DNA of 46,296 bases from NCBI GenBank assembly GCA_016186795.1, contig JACPKY010000002.1, forward strand, positions 416,748 through 463,043, given 5' to 3'. The translations under genes and the position numbers were made by a program. The notes below the pieces were generated by a model. The model saw nothing but the letters and a program-made list of their open reading frames with translations, had not been told where the DNA came from and made no database searches. This stretch comes from Candidatus Gottesmanbacteria bacterium (GTDB lineage Bacteria; Patescibacteriota; Microgenomatia; 2-02-FULL-39-11). Within the stretch, counting starts at the first letter, position 1. Each line of letters begins with the position of its first letter. Below, one piece after another: positions 1-8,668 of the stretch.

Positions 1-419
1 GTATAGTACATGCTTCTTAGCCAAAACGGTTTATTTCCTTCAAAGACAGGATAGACAGGGCCGCTGACAATATCAGGCTTATATCTTGAAACAATACGCA
101 TGAGATTTTTTATGTAGGTAGGCGGAACAGTTGCATCATCATCGATGTAACAAAGATATATTCCCTCTGCTACACTTGCTCCTCTATTTCTTGTACCTGA
201 TAAGCCAACTTTCGGTTCAAGAAAATATTTGATATTTGGGTTCCTTTTTTGGAATTCTTCCACGACATTTTTGGTATTATCAGGTGAATTATTATCGACA
301 ACGATTATTTCAACCGCCTTTTTTCTTCCGATCGAGGAAACAAGTGAAAGAAGACACTTTCTTAGTAATTTTTCCCTATAATAGGTGCAAACTATAACTG
401 AAAGGAGAGGCTTGTCCAT
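1..419 (-). CDS. Glycosyltransferase family 2 (GT-A fold), 5' portion only; the 3' end lies beyond the window edge
   Basis: Absent from the ORF track because it runs off the window. The reverse complement from ATG (419-417) reads MDKPLLSVIVCTYYREKLLRKCLLSLVSSIGRKKAVEIIVVDNNSPDNTKNVVEEF...GIYLCYIDDDATV. This shows the canonical GT2 N-terminal fold with DNxS and DDD (DxD-type) signatures. It starts 5 nt after the stop of the upstream gene (425). Confidence 0.85.
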   Translation of the reverse strand, partial: MDKPLLSVIVCTYYREKLLRKCLLSLVSSIGRKKAVEIIVVDNNSPDNTKNVVEEFQKRNPNIKYFLEPKVGLSGTRNRGASVAEGIYLCYIDDDATVPPTYIKNLMRIVSRYKPDIVSGPVYPVFEGNKPFWLRSMYY

Positions 420-424
420 ATCTT

Positions 425-1693
425 CTAATTTGGGAGTAAAATACTTTTCCATCTATTAAGCTTTGCATCTATTTCAGAATCAGAAAATAGGTCACTATCG
501 TGCGTATCGGGATTGAAATAAGTTTTTGGTAAAAACCTATTTTGCACGTAAGTATAAAGGGCATCCGCCTTTTTGGGGAATGAAACATTGTCAACTCTTG
601 GGTTATCGAGAAGATTTTGGATAAAATTAGTTAGCTTCTCAATTGGATCATGGGTCTGAAACATCGTCGTATATGCCCACATTTTTAATTTCTTCCCTGA
701 AACGCTCCCCTCACCTCGACACATCTTTTGAAGTGACCTATAACTCTTTATCTTTTCAACATATCTATACCAAGAATTACTCACAATTTTGGGAAAACGA
801 ATCGGTTCAAAGATATAGATAGGTTTATTCGCTACAGCCCCTTCAATAAGTGTCGTACTAAATGAAGAAAGTACGATATCTGACGCAAGAACCCACTCTC
901 TCACCGATTCTTTTTTGATAATATGAATACGTGTTGAGCTTTTGCCACTGTTTTTATTATAGAAATGCAAAAGAAGAGTTTTTGCTGTTGCTGGTCTTGG
1001 CCGAAGTATTACTTCTATATCTTCTTCATATGAAAGTCTTTCCAACCACTCAAGAAGAAGACGAAGTGACCGTTGACTAAAATCTCGCAGAGAAAAAAGA
1101 GAGGTGGTTGATATTCCATCTCCACTTACCCGTTGCAATCTTTTATCTGTCTCAAATGCCCACCTGTAATTTTCTGGTATAAATATCCATTTTTTCTTTT
1201 TATCAAGATGATATTTTCTACTTAAGATCTGTCTATTTGTAAAGAATAATTTATATGGGTTTTGATACAGCTCGTAGATTGGATTACCATTGAGAAAAAT
1301 TTTATCCTCACCGACTCCATTCTCGAGTAAGTATTTCTTGTAAAATGGAGCCCAGGCGTGGTGGAAAATATGATTTTTTGTAAATGAATCTTTTGGTTTT
1401 TTCAGTTTTTGCTGAAGTGGGTAGAAGATTTGCTCCCACGCAAGATTAAAAAAGAGTGCACTTGGCCAAATGCGGATAAACTCTTTCATTCCAAGATCAT
1501 CCCGGCTATAAAAAAAGGGGACAACCACAACCTTTGGACGAAAGGTTTTCATTGCTTCTTTTGCATCTCCATAGATATGCTTTATCACAACTTTGTGGGG
1601 AGATTTTGCTTCTACAAGTGCTTTTACTATCAACGCAACGTCAAGTTCTCTGGCAACATGTTCTATAAAGTAGAGTACATCAACCGGTTTCAT
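425..1693 (-). CDS. Uncharacterised polysaccharide-biosynthesis protein, putative GT-B-like transferase (capsule-synthesis/TagF-like architecture)
   Basis: Intact 422-aa ORF whose ATG overlaps the upstream stop (ATGA at 1690-1693). I can make no confident family call. It has a two-lobed alpha/beta pattern, and the C-terminal lobe reads EVILRPRPATAK...ASDIVLSSFSTTLIEGAVANKPIYIF, which resembles GT-B donor-binding lobes. Confidence 0.5.
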   Translation of the reverse strand: MKPVDVLYFIEHVARELDVALIVKALVEAKSPHKVVIKHIYGDAKEAMKTFRPKVVVVPFFYSRDDLGMKEFIRIWPSALFFNLAWEQIFYPLQQKLKKPKDSFTKNHIFHHAWAPFYKKYLLENGVGEDKIFLNGNPIYELYQNPYKLFFTNRQILSRKYHLDKKKKWIFIPENYRWAFETDKRLQRVSGDGISTTSLFSLRDFSQRSLRLLLEWLERLSYEEDIEVILRPRPATAKTLLLHFYNKNSGKSSTRIHIIKKESVREWVLASDIVLSSFSTTLIEGAVANKPIYIFEPIRFPKIVSNSWYRYVEKIKSYRSLQKMCRGEGSVSGKKLKMWAYTTMFQTHDPIEKLTNFIQNLLDNPRVDNVSFPKKADALYTYVQNRFLPKTYFNPDTHDSDLFSDSEIDAKLNRWKSILLPN

Positions 1694-2751
1694 ATGGAAT
1701 TTTTGATATTTCGAGTGAGGAATACATACATATCGTATATATTCTTACTAAGATGTAGAATAAATTTACCAAGACGAGAAACTGCTGCAAAGCGAAAAAT
1801 TAAATACATATTTCGAATAAAAGATCTGTATTCATCATATTTTTTGTACAGTTTTTGAGATAGGTTTAAGTAAGGAAGAATAACATATTTTCCTATAATG
1901 CGACTATCTCGCTGAAGCTTAGGGAGTGAACGAATAAAAAAAAGTATACTTACTTGTGTTGCAATGTAACGGATATAAAAATCATTTTGTTTGGAGACCA
2001 AAACCTGATACCAAAATATTGCAAAAGAATTCGTTACTGGCCATGGAATACGTAAATACCAAGGATGTTTATAAAAAGCAATCCTTCTTTGCCTTTCGAT
2101 ACTAAATAAATCAACATACCGCCTATACCACAACTTTCTCTTTACTTGCTTAAACGTCCCATGCAGAGATAGCTCAAGAAGAAAAAGGACATCTGGAAGC
2201 AAAAAATAACGAAATATGCCAGCTTCCGGAATCTTATTTGCACGAAGCAATCCATAAATCATATTGCCAAAATTTTTCCCATGAGCGGCAACAGTAAGAG
2301 CGCATTGTGGGGCGGAGAGACCAAATGTCTCAAATACATCCGATTTGACAGGAAGTGTTTTTCCTTGACCATCGATTCGCACCGTTAAAGGGTACGCCAT
2401 AACAACTTCAGGGTATTTTTGAAGAACTTCTACATGGTGAGATAACCATTCGGGGTGGTAAACATCATGTCCTGCCGCCCAAGTGAAATAATCGGCATTC
2501 TTCCCTCCCAACTCATACGTCTTGCGGTAATTGTAAATATACCCCATGCGTTTCTCGTTTTGAAAATAGCGTATTCGTTTATTTTTCTTCTTATACGCTG
2601 CAATTATTTGAGGAGTATGATCCGTTGATACATCGTCAAGGATTAGGAATTGGAAGTCTCTATAGGTTTGACAAAGAAGAGACTCTATCGCTTCCCCAAC
2701 ATGTTTTTCTTCGTTATACACGAACATCGCAATGGTAATCTTCGGTTTCAT
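1690..2751 (-). CDS. Glycosyltransferase family 2 with a long C-terminal extension
   Basis: The ORF track begins at GTG 2844, which would overlap the upstream SDR gene by 68 nt. ATG at 2751 gives MKPKITIAMFVYNEEKHVGEAIESLLCQTYRDFQFLILDDVSTDHT, so the GT2 fold begins at the N-terminus and a 25-nt gap remains. The start choice is an inference. Confidence 0.85.
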   Translation of the reverse strand: MKPKITIAMFVYNEEKHVGEAIESLLCQTYRDFQFLILDDVSTDHTPQIIAAYKKKNKRIRYFQNEKRMGYIYNYRKTYELGGKNADYFTWAAGHDVYHPEWLSHHVEVLQKYPEVVMAYPLTVRIDGQGKTLPVKSDVFETFGLSAPQCALTVAAHGKNFGNMIYGLLRANKIPEAGIFRYFLLPDVLFLLELSLHGTFKQVKRKLWYRRYVDLFSIERQRRIAFYKHPWYLRIPWPVTNSFAIFWYQVLVSKQNDFYIRYIATQVSILFFIRSLPKLQRDSRIIGKYVILPYLNLSQKLYKKYDEYRSFIRNMYLIFRFAAVSRLGKFILHLSKNIYDMYVFLTRNIKNSI

Positions 2752-2776
2752 AAAGAGGTATCTTACAACAACTACG

Positions 2777-3769
2777 TTAACCCCACGTTTGCGGTAAATT
2801 TTTCCGGATCTCAATATTTTTAAATCGCTTACTTTTCCTTGCACCTTCCGTCTTTACCCACTGAGTCATCGCTTCCAAACCAACCGTAAGTGAGGTTTCT
2901 CTAAATTTCGGAAAAAACTTTTTGAATTTAGCATGATTTGAATAAGCGTTCTTTACTTCTTTCCGCTCACGTACGTGTCGAATAGGAACTCGTCTGCCCA
3001 TAATTTCCATAACTTCTTCTGCCAGTTCGTTAACAGAGGTGGGAATATCTGATCCTATGTTGAAAATCTGCCCGTGCGTCCTTTTGTTTGCAACAGACTG
3101 GGCAATACCGGGGATTATATCTTTGATATAAGAAAACGCCCGTATTTGTTTACCGTCTCCAAAGATAATCAGATCTTTTCCCTGAAGAATATTATTCATA
3201 AAAATGCCGATAACATTTCTATACTTATCACCAATATTTTGCCGCTCACCATAAACATTGTGAGGTCGAAAGATAACATAGGGTAATCCGAAAAGTGTAT
3301 GAGTTACTTCAAGTTCTTTCTCTACTGCATACTTTGCAATACCGTATGAATCCTCAGGCTTTGGTTTAAGATCTTCAGTCATTGGGAGTTTATTTGTTCC
3401 ATATACCGCAATGGAGGAGGTAAAAGCAAAACATCGAACATTGAAATTTACACTCGCATTTATGAGATGGATACTCCCAATAAGATTATTCATATAATTG
3501 AATCGCTTTATAAAATGACTTAACCCTTCTGCTGCATAGGCAGCAAGATGATACACATAAGTAAATCGGTACTTTCTGAATAACTGATTAATAAGCTGCC
3601 GATTCGTTATTGTTCCTTTAACAAATATCGCTTTTGGGTGGATATTCTTGACAAATCCTCCGCTCAAATCGTCAAGAACAACAACAGTAGAATCTCCATT
3701 CTCAATAATATAGTCCGCAAGATGTGAACCAATAAATCCAGCTCCCCCTGTAACAAGAATTGCTTTCAT
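2777..3769 (-). CDS. NAD-dependent NDP-sugar epimerase/dehydratase-family protein (extended SDR, epimerase-like active site)
   Basis: MKAILVTGGAGFIGSHL Rossmann motif; TSSIAVYG and YGIAKYAVE (S...YxxxK triad). ATGA overlap with the next gene at 3766-3769. Confidence 0.85.
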   Translation of the reverse strand: MKAILVTGGAGFIGSHLADYIIENGDSTVVVLDDLSGGFVKNIHPKAIFVKGTITNRQLINQLFRKYRFTYVYHLAAYAAEGLSHFIKRFNYMNNLIGSIHLINASVNFNVRCFAFTSSIAVYGTNKLPMTEDLKPKPEDSYGIAKYAVEKELEVTHTLFGLPYVIFRPHNVYGERQNIGDKYRNVIGIFMNNILQGKDLIIFGDGKQIRAFSYIKDIIPGIAQSVANKRTHGQIFNIGSDIPTSVNELAEEVMEIMGRRVPIRHVRERKEVKNAYSNHAKFKKFFPKFRETSLTVGLEAMTQWVKTEGARKSKRFKNIEIRKNLPQTWG

Positions 3770-4407
3770 GAGGAAAAAACCCGTGCAAAATATGTATTTC
3801 CAAGTCCTTCTACATCTCTACATTGATACTCTTCCACTTGCTTCATACCAAGTTTTTCAAAAATCCGTTTATAGTTCCGCGGAAAAGAACTCCAATGGAC
3901 ATGTTTTTCATTCTCTATGGTAATCAACGCTTTGTCAGTTATACGAACAATTTCATCAAATATCCAATAAGATTCAGGGTGAATGTGCTCCAAAACTGCC
4001 ATAGTGAAAGTAACATCAAACTGATTCTTTTGAAACAATCGAGTTTTCTCTTCAATCGTTGAATGGTAAATTTTTGCTTTCTTTGAAAGATCGGGATATG
4101 TTTTCCGTAACATCTTTATGGCTTTTTCATTCAACTCAACACCAGAAAGGTTGTTAAAGCCTGCCTGTTGTAGATAATGAAGATTTCTTCCAACGTTACA
4201 ACCAAGTTCCAGAATTGACGCTTTCTTGCTGGCGTAATTTTTTATTATATGAAGAAGAAATTTGCTTTTGTTATCGCCTTGAATGTAAAACTCTGGTTGA
4301 TTTTTCCAGGATGGATTTTGCCAATAGTGAACGAGGTCCTCTCTTGATTTCTGAATAGAGAAAGGAAAAACGTTTTTTAACAAAGGTATAATTGCGGAAA
4401 GGTTCAT
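3766..4407 (-). CDS. Class I SAM-dependent methyltransferase
   Basis: Motif I reads ILELGCNVGRNLHYL, followed by an acidic loop (GVELNEKAI) and FTMAVLEHI (post-I/II motifs). ATGA overlaps occur at both ends. Confidence 0.8.
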   Translation of the reverse strand: MNLSAIIPLLKNVFPFSIQKSREDLVHYWQNPSWKNQPEFYIQGDNKSKFLLHIIKNYASKKASILELGCNVGRNLHYLQQAGFNNLSGVELNEKAIKMLRKTYPDLSKKAKIYHSTIEEKTRLFQKNQFDVTFTMAVLEHIHPESYWIFDEIVRITDKALITIENEKHVHWSSFPRNYKRIFEKLGMKQVEEYQCRDVEGLGNTYFARVFSS

Positions 4408-5621
4408 AGGGTTACCGCATCCAAAACTCTTGTAATTCCCTTCACAGTATCGTCTATATCCCGATCTGATAGTGTTGGGTGGACCAAAAATAAAACAGCG
4501 GTCTCTCCGAGTTCTCTGGCAACAGGTAATGGTTTCTTAGGAATGCTTCTTTTGACCTCGGGGATTATCCGCCATACGTGTTCTCTATAGATTTCTGAAC
4601 ATGACCCATAAAACGCTGGTATTCCTTCGCGGTTTATCGCTTCTAATACTTTTTCCTTACTCCAACCTCTTTTAAGCTTTTCCAAGCGCAAATAAACGTA
4701 GTATTTATAGTATGAGTGAAAAACATACCGAGGTGGAATGGTAACTCTAAGAGATGGATACGTACTAAAAGTTGTATTGAAGATTCTGGCGATTTTTCTC
4801 CTTTTGGCAATCCATATATCAAGTTTTTTTAATTGTGCACGACCTATGGCTGCCTGAATTTCCGTCATTCGGAGATTCGTCCCCAGACTATCGTGTAGCC
4901 ACTTAAAACTATAGGTGTTATGCTTTTTGAGAGCCTTTTCTCTATTTTTCCCATGATCTTTATAACTCCAGGCTTTTTCATAATATTTTTTGTTTTTTAC
5001 AACAAGCATCCCCCCCTCCCCACCTGTTGTAACAATTTTGTCCTGACAGAAAGAAAAAGTAGCTGCGTCACCCCATGTCCCTACAAATCGATTCTTGTAC
5101 TTTGAACCGAGGGCTTGAGCGCAATCTTCAATAAGGTAAAGGTTATGACGTTGACATATTTCTTGTAGCAGATCAAGTTTGCAAGGCCATCCAGCAAGAT
5201 GGACAGCAATAATTGCCCTGGTTTTTTTTGTTATGGCGCTTCTTACCTTTTGCGGATCAACGTTTCCTGAATCTCTTTCAATATCAACAAAAATCGGAAG
5301 TGCCCCCACCGTTGCCACGCACGTCGCTGAGGCAATAAATGAGCGTGGAGAAACAATGACCTCATCCCCTTTCCCAATTCCAAGTATCCGACACGCTACT
5401 TCAAGCGCAGCTGTTCCATTAACAAGCGGCACGCAATATGTAATTCCTAAATACTTTGCAAAATCAGAGGAAAACTTCTCACACTCGTTTCCTGTCCATT
5501 GATTTACTTTTCCAGATCGAAGTATTCTCGCAACTGCACTAATCTCATCGTCTTCAAAATGGGGCCATGAGCTTATTCTTTTATGTCTGATTGGTTTACC
5601 ACCCTCAATTGCTAGTTTCAT
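4404..5621 (-). CDS. DegT/DnrJ/EryC1/StrS-family PLP-dependent NDP-ketosugar aminotransferase (PseC/LegC/SpsC-like role)
   Basis: NGTAALEVACRILGIGKGDEVIVSPRSF, AIIAVHLAGWP, IEDCAQALGS and FSFCQDKIVTTGGEGGMLV (Schiff-base lysine context) are typical of the family. It is translationally coupled to the acetyltransferase and methyltransferase genes. Confidence 0.85.
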   Translation of the reverse strand: MKLAIEGGKPIRHKRISSWPHFEDDEISAVARILRSGKVNQWTGNECEKFSSDFAKYLGITYCVPLVNGTAALEVACRILGIGKGDEVIVSPRSFIASATCVATVGALPIFVDIERDSGNVDPQKVRSAITKKTRAIIAVHLAGWPCKLDLLQEICQRHNLYLIEDCAQALGSKYKNRFVGTWGDAATFSFCQDKIVTTGGEGGMLVVKNKKYYEKAWSYKDHGKNREKALKKHNTYSFKWLHDSLGTNLRMTEIQAAIGRAQLKKLDIWIAKRRKIARIFNTTFSTYPSLRVTIPPRYVFHSYYKYYVYLRLEKLKRGWSKEKVLEAINREGIPAFYGSCSEIYREHVWRIIPEVKRSIPKKPLPVARELGETAVLFLVHPTLSDRDIDDTVKGITRVLDAVTL

Positions 5622-6259
5622 AGAGAAATTCTCTTTGCTGGAACTCCAACAACAGTTGTTTTTTCTTTTACATTGTGAGTAACCATTGCTCCACCGCCGA
5701 CGACTGCATCGTCTCCGATTGTCATATACTGCATCACTTTCGCACCTATCCCAACCATTGTTCGACGACCAATTTTTACTCCGCCACCAAGATGAGCTCC
5801 TGGCTGAACTGAACTAAATCTACCAATAATACAGTCATGATCGATACTTGATGATGTATTTACGATCGCTCCTTCTTCAATAACCGTTCCGATATTAATA
5901 ACTACTCCAGGGGCAATGAAAACTCCTTTCGAAATTTTTACGTGCGGGGAAATAGATGTACTGGGTGCAATACATGTACAAGGAAGTTGAGATGTACTTT
6001 TTCCAATTTTTTCAGAAATTTTCTCGCGGAGAACATTATCACCAATAGCAACAAAATAATTGACTTCATTTTCTTTTACGAATCTGATCATATCGTCCAA
6101 ACCACCCAAAACTTTCCATGCGATTCTTTTCGTACCAAAAAGAGTTTTATCGTCATCAAATAAACCTTCAACACGTATGTGGCGGGATTCAAATACGTCT
6201 GCTACAACTCGTGCATGTCCTCCTGCACCAAAGAGAACTACTCTTTTTATCTTCCTCAT
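5618..6259 (-). CDS. Left-handed beta-helix (hexapeptide) sugar N/O-acetyltransferase, NeuD/PglD/LegH-like
   Basis: N-terminal Rossmann-like VVLFGAGGHARVVADV is followed by hexapeptide repeats (IAPGVVINIGTVIEEGAIVNTSSSIDHDCIIGRFSSVQPGAHLGGGVKIG). Confidence 0.8.
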   Translation of the reverse strand: MRKIKRVVLFGAGGHARVVADVFESRHIRVEGLFDDDKTLFGTKRIAWKVLGGLDDMIRFVKENEVNYFVAIGDNVLREKISEKIGKSTSQLPCTCIAPSTSISPHVKISKGVFIAPGVVINIGTVIEEGAIVNTSSSIDHDCIIGRFSSVQPGAHLGGGVKIGRRTMVGIGAKVMQYMTIGDDAVVGGGAMVTHNVKEKTTVVGVPAKRISL

Positions 6260-7626
6260 TATTCTTTCTCCTCTTTTAGAAGTACTTGAAGATTACTGGA
6301 AAATGGAAGTATATCCTTCGCTTCTCCTTTTTCCAAATGGGATTTTAGATCTTGGATACCTTCTTTAAGTGTAATCGTTGAATGAAAGTTCAACTTTTTT
6401 TTGATTTTAGAAAAGTCTACTTGATAACTTCTTTTATCGTCGTTTGTGCTTTCTGTCTCAATTGGGATTCCATCAAATTCTTGAGATATTATATGCCCCA
6501 ATTCGTTGAGTTGAACATTCAACGAGTCCACCCCTACATTAAAAATCTCTCGATCCAGAGTTGAAATAGGGGTTTCAATTGTCTTTATAATGGCCCGGGC
6601 AACATCTTGGACATGGATGAAGGGTCGCCACTGCTTACCTGACTGGAGAATTATTTTCTTTTTATTTACTGCTGAAAGACAAAAAAAATTCGCAACCAAA
6701 TCGAAACGTGGTCTGAAACTCCAACCAAATACTGTTCCTAGACGAAGAACAGTCGGATAAAAATTCTTTATCGTATCAGATAGAATGAGTCTCTCGCATT
6801 CAAGCTTTGTCCGAGCATAGAGAGAGAGTGGATGAGGAATACTTTCCTCATGAAATTTCTTTTCTCCGAACCCATACACCGAACAACTTGATGTATAAAT
6901 AAATCTTTTGATACCCATATTTTTTGCGGTAAAGAGAACATTTTGTGTCCCCCCATAATTTACCGATACTGTATACTCTCTATCCAGAGAACACGCGGGG
7001 TCTCCCACAATTTCTCCGAGATGTACAACCGTATCTATATTTTCCATCGCCTCTCTTATAGAAACTATATTTCTTGTATCCCCTATATAGTGTTCAAACT
7101 TCTTCTTTCCATAAAGATCTCGAATAGAACTATCACCATAGAGGAGTGAATCAAAAACTCTGACCCTATAGTTTCTCTGAAGAAGTAATCGGACTAGTAC
7201 TGATCCTATATACCCTGCGCCTCCGGTAACGAGAACCCGATTATTTTTTGATTGTCCGTTTGTCTGAATTTTTTGGGGTATTTGTCCATGAAGGGAAAGT
7301 ATATCAATAATTCTTCGGTTTTCATCAATTATTGGAACATACATAATATTATTGTCATTGAGAAATTGAAGTGTTGAAGTATCAAGTGGTTGATACTTTT
7401 TTCTCAGACTATACGGATTGGGATTTGCAACGATCCTTACACTTAAACGTACACTTTTTCCCTGCAAAATGGCGCGGCGAATATCCCCGTCGGTTACTGA
7501 ACCTAAAAGTCTCCCTTCTTTATCAACTACAAAAAGAATCCCTTTCTTATTTTTTTCAAATTGGGCAAGTGTATCTCGTACAGTCTTGTTAGCCCCAATG
7601 AGCCATTTCTTAAGTTGTGTTTTCAT
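6259..7626 (-). CDS. Fusion protein: N-terminal CBS pair plus C-terminal extended-SDR NDP-sugar epimerase/oxidoreductase
   Basis: Residues ~1-115 have a CBS-pair pattern (ILFVVDKEGRLLGSVTDGDIRRAIL ... YVPIIDENRRIIDILS). From ~residue 130 the sequence reads VLVTGGAGYIGSVLV, TSSCSVYG and YARTKLECE (SDR triad). Confidence 0.75.
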   Translation of the reverse strand: MKTQLKKWLIGANKTVRDTLAQFEKNKKGILFVVDKEGRLLGSVTDGDIRRAILQGKSVRLSVRIVANPNPYSLRKKYQPLDTSTLQFLNDNNIMYVPIIDENRRIIDILSLHGQIPQKIQTNGQSKNNRVLVTGGAGYIGSVLVRLLLQRNYRVRVFDSLLYGDSSIRDLYGKKKFEHYIGDTRNIVSIREAMENIDTVVHLGEIVGDPACSLDREYTVSVNYGGTQNVLFTAKNMGIKRFIYTSSCSVYGFGEKKFHEESIPHPLSLYARTKLECERLILSDTIKNFYPTVLRLGTVFGWSFRPRFDLVANFFCLSAVNKKKIILQSGKQWRPFIHVQDVARAIIKTIETPISTLDREIFNVGVDSLNVQLNELGHIISQEFDGIPIETESTNDDKRSYQVDFSKIKKKLNFHSTITLKEGIQDLKSHLEKGEAKDILPFSSNLQVLLKEEKE

Positions 7627-8663
7627 GATATGTATGATCGAATAATTTCTACTACTCTTTCCTTTCCCCGCCCGTCAACAAGTTTCATCGCAAGCTTTCC
7701 CATACTCTCGCGTTTTAGTTTCTCTTGGAAAAGTCTCTCAAGCGCCATTCCAAGAGTTGAAGGTTTCACTTGTTTGTAAAGGCCAAAATTTATACACGCT
7801 TTCCTTTCTTCGAGAAAGGCAGCATTCTCGTTTTGTCTAGGAACTTGATTCATTGCCAAAAATGGAGTACCAATCACACTTGCTTCATATGCACCATTTC
7901 CAGCTGAACCAATTAAAACATCACTTTCTTTCATGGATGCTGCGATATTTTGAGAAGAAAGACTTGTCAAAAAATGCACCGTAAGACCGAGTCGATGAGC
8001 TAATTTTTCCAAGCTCGAATACCCTTTTTCTACAGGACTAATAATTATAGTCGTTGTCGGATGAAAAGTCACAAGAGAAATAGCTTCCAAAACTATTGAA
8101 ATGGCAGGAATTGAGTTTACCCCACCAAATAATACAAGAATGTTTGAAATCTTATTCTGATAAGAGCGGGCAAAGAAGCGGAAAGTCAGGAATGTTTCAT
8201 TGATGATAAAATATCGCAACCCGAAATATCTTTTGGGGAACACTGAAGATTTTGGGTATAATCTTTTTGACTGGTGAGGATTGCAACAGAATTGCACGTC
8301 GCAGTCAACATCCCTTGGATTTGGATCATCAGTTGTAGAAAAGATAGTTATCTTTTGCTCCCTGTAGAGAGAAGTGTAATCGGAATCTTTATCTTCTCGT
8401 AAAAGATCGATCATTATACCCTTTGGTTTTTTTTCTGATAGGTACCTTTTTAAAATATTCAGTGATCCATTCTTGTCTTTTGGAAGTACGACAATTTCTG
8501 CATGACTTCGCTTTTGAATAAATGGGAGTACGTGGAGAGGAGAACGAGTGAAAAAAATAGTTCGAATACCTTTATCTCGTAAATCATTCGCAATATCAGA
8601 CTGCCGACTTACATGTCCTAAGCCAATCCTAGTTGAAGCATCCGCACGAATAGCAAAATACAT
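7623..8663 (-). CDS. pseG: PseG/SpsG-family UDP-sugar hydrolase (nucleotidase step of nonulosonic acid synthesis)
   Basis: N-terminus MYFAIRADASTRIGLGHVSRQ matches the RADAS..IG.GH..R signature of PseG. The C-terminal GT-B lobe reads SDVLIGSAGNGAYEASVIGTPFLAM. It lies immediately upstream of the NeuB-family gene. The symbol is given at family level only. Confidence 0.7.
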   Translation of the reverse strand: MYFAIRADASTRIGLGHVSRQSDIANDLRDKGIRTIFFTRSPLHVLPFIQKRSHAEIVVLPKDKNGSLNILKRYLSEKKPKGIMIDLLREDKDSDYTSLYREQKITIFSTTDDPNPRDVDCDVQFCCNPHQSKRLYPKSSVFPKRYFGLRYFIINETFLTFRFFARSYQNKISNILVLFGGVNSIPAISIVLEAISLVTFHPTTTIIISPVEKGYSSLEKLAHRLGLTVHFLTSLSSQNIAASMKESDVLIGSAGNGAYEASVIGTPFLAMNQVPRQNENAAFLEERKACINFGLYKQVKPSTLGMALERLFQEKLKRESMGKLAMKLVDGRGKERVVEIIRSYIS

Positions 8664-8668
8664 ACAAT

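Noticed and set aside
2752-2844. N-terminal extensions in the ORF track that create long overlaps. They are GTG 2844 (68-nt overlap), 25087 (70 nt), TTG 13906, TTG 31002 and ATG 35784.
   Set aside because: Downstream ATGs (2751, 25021, 13885, 30948/30987, 35760) place the start just before the conserved fold. They restore the short gaps or ATGA overlaps seen elsewhere in the array. 13885 also has an AGGAGG upstream. The extensions carry no conserved sequence.
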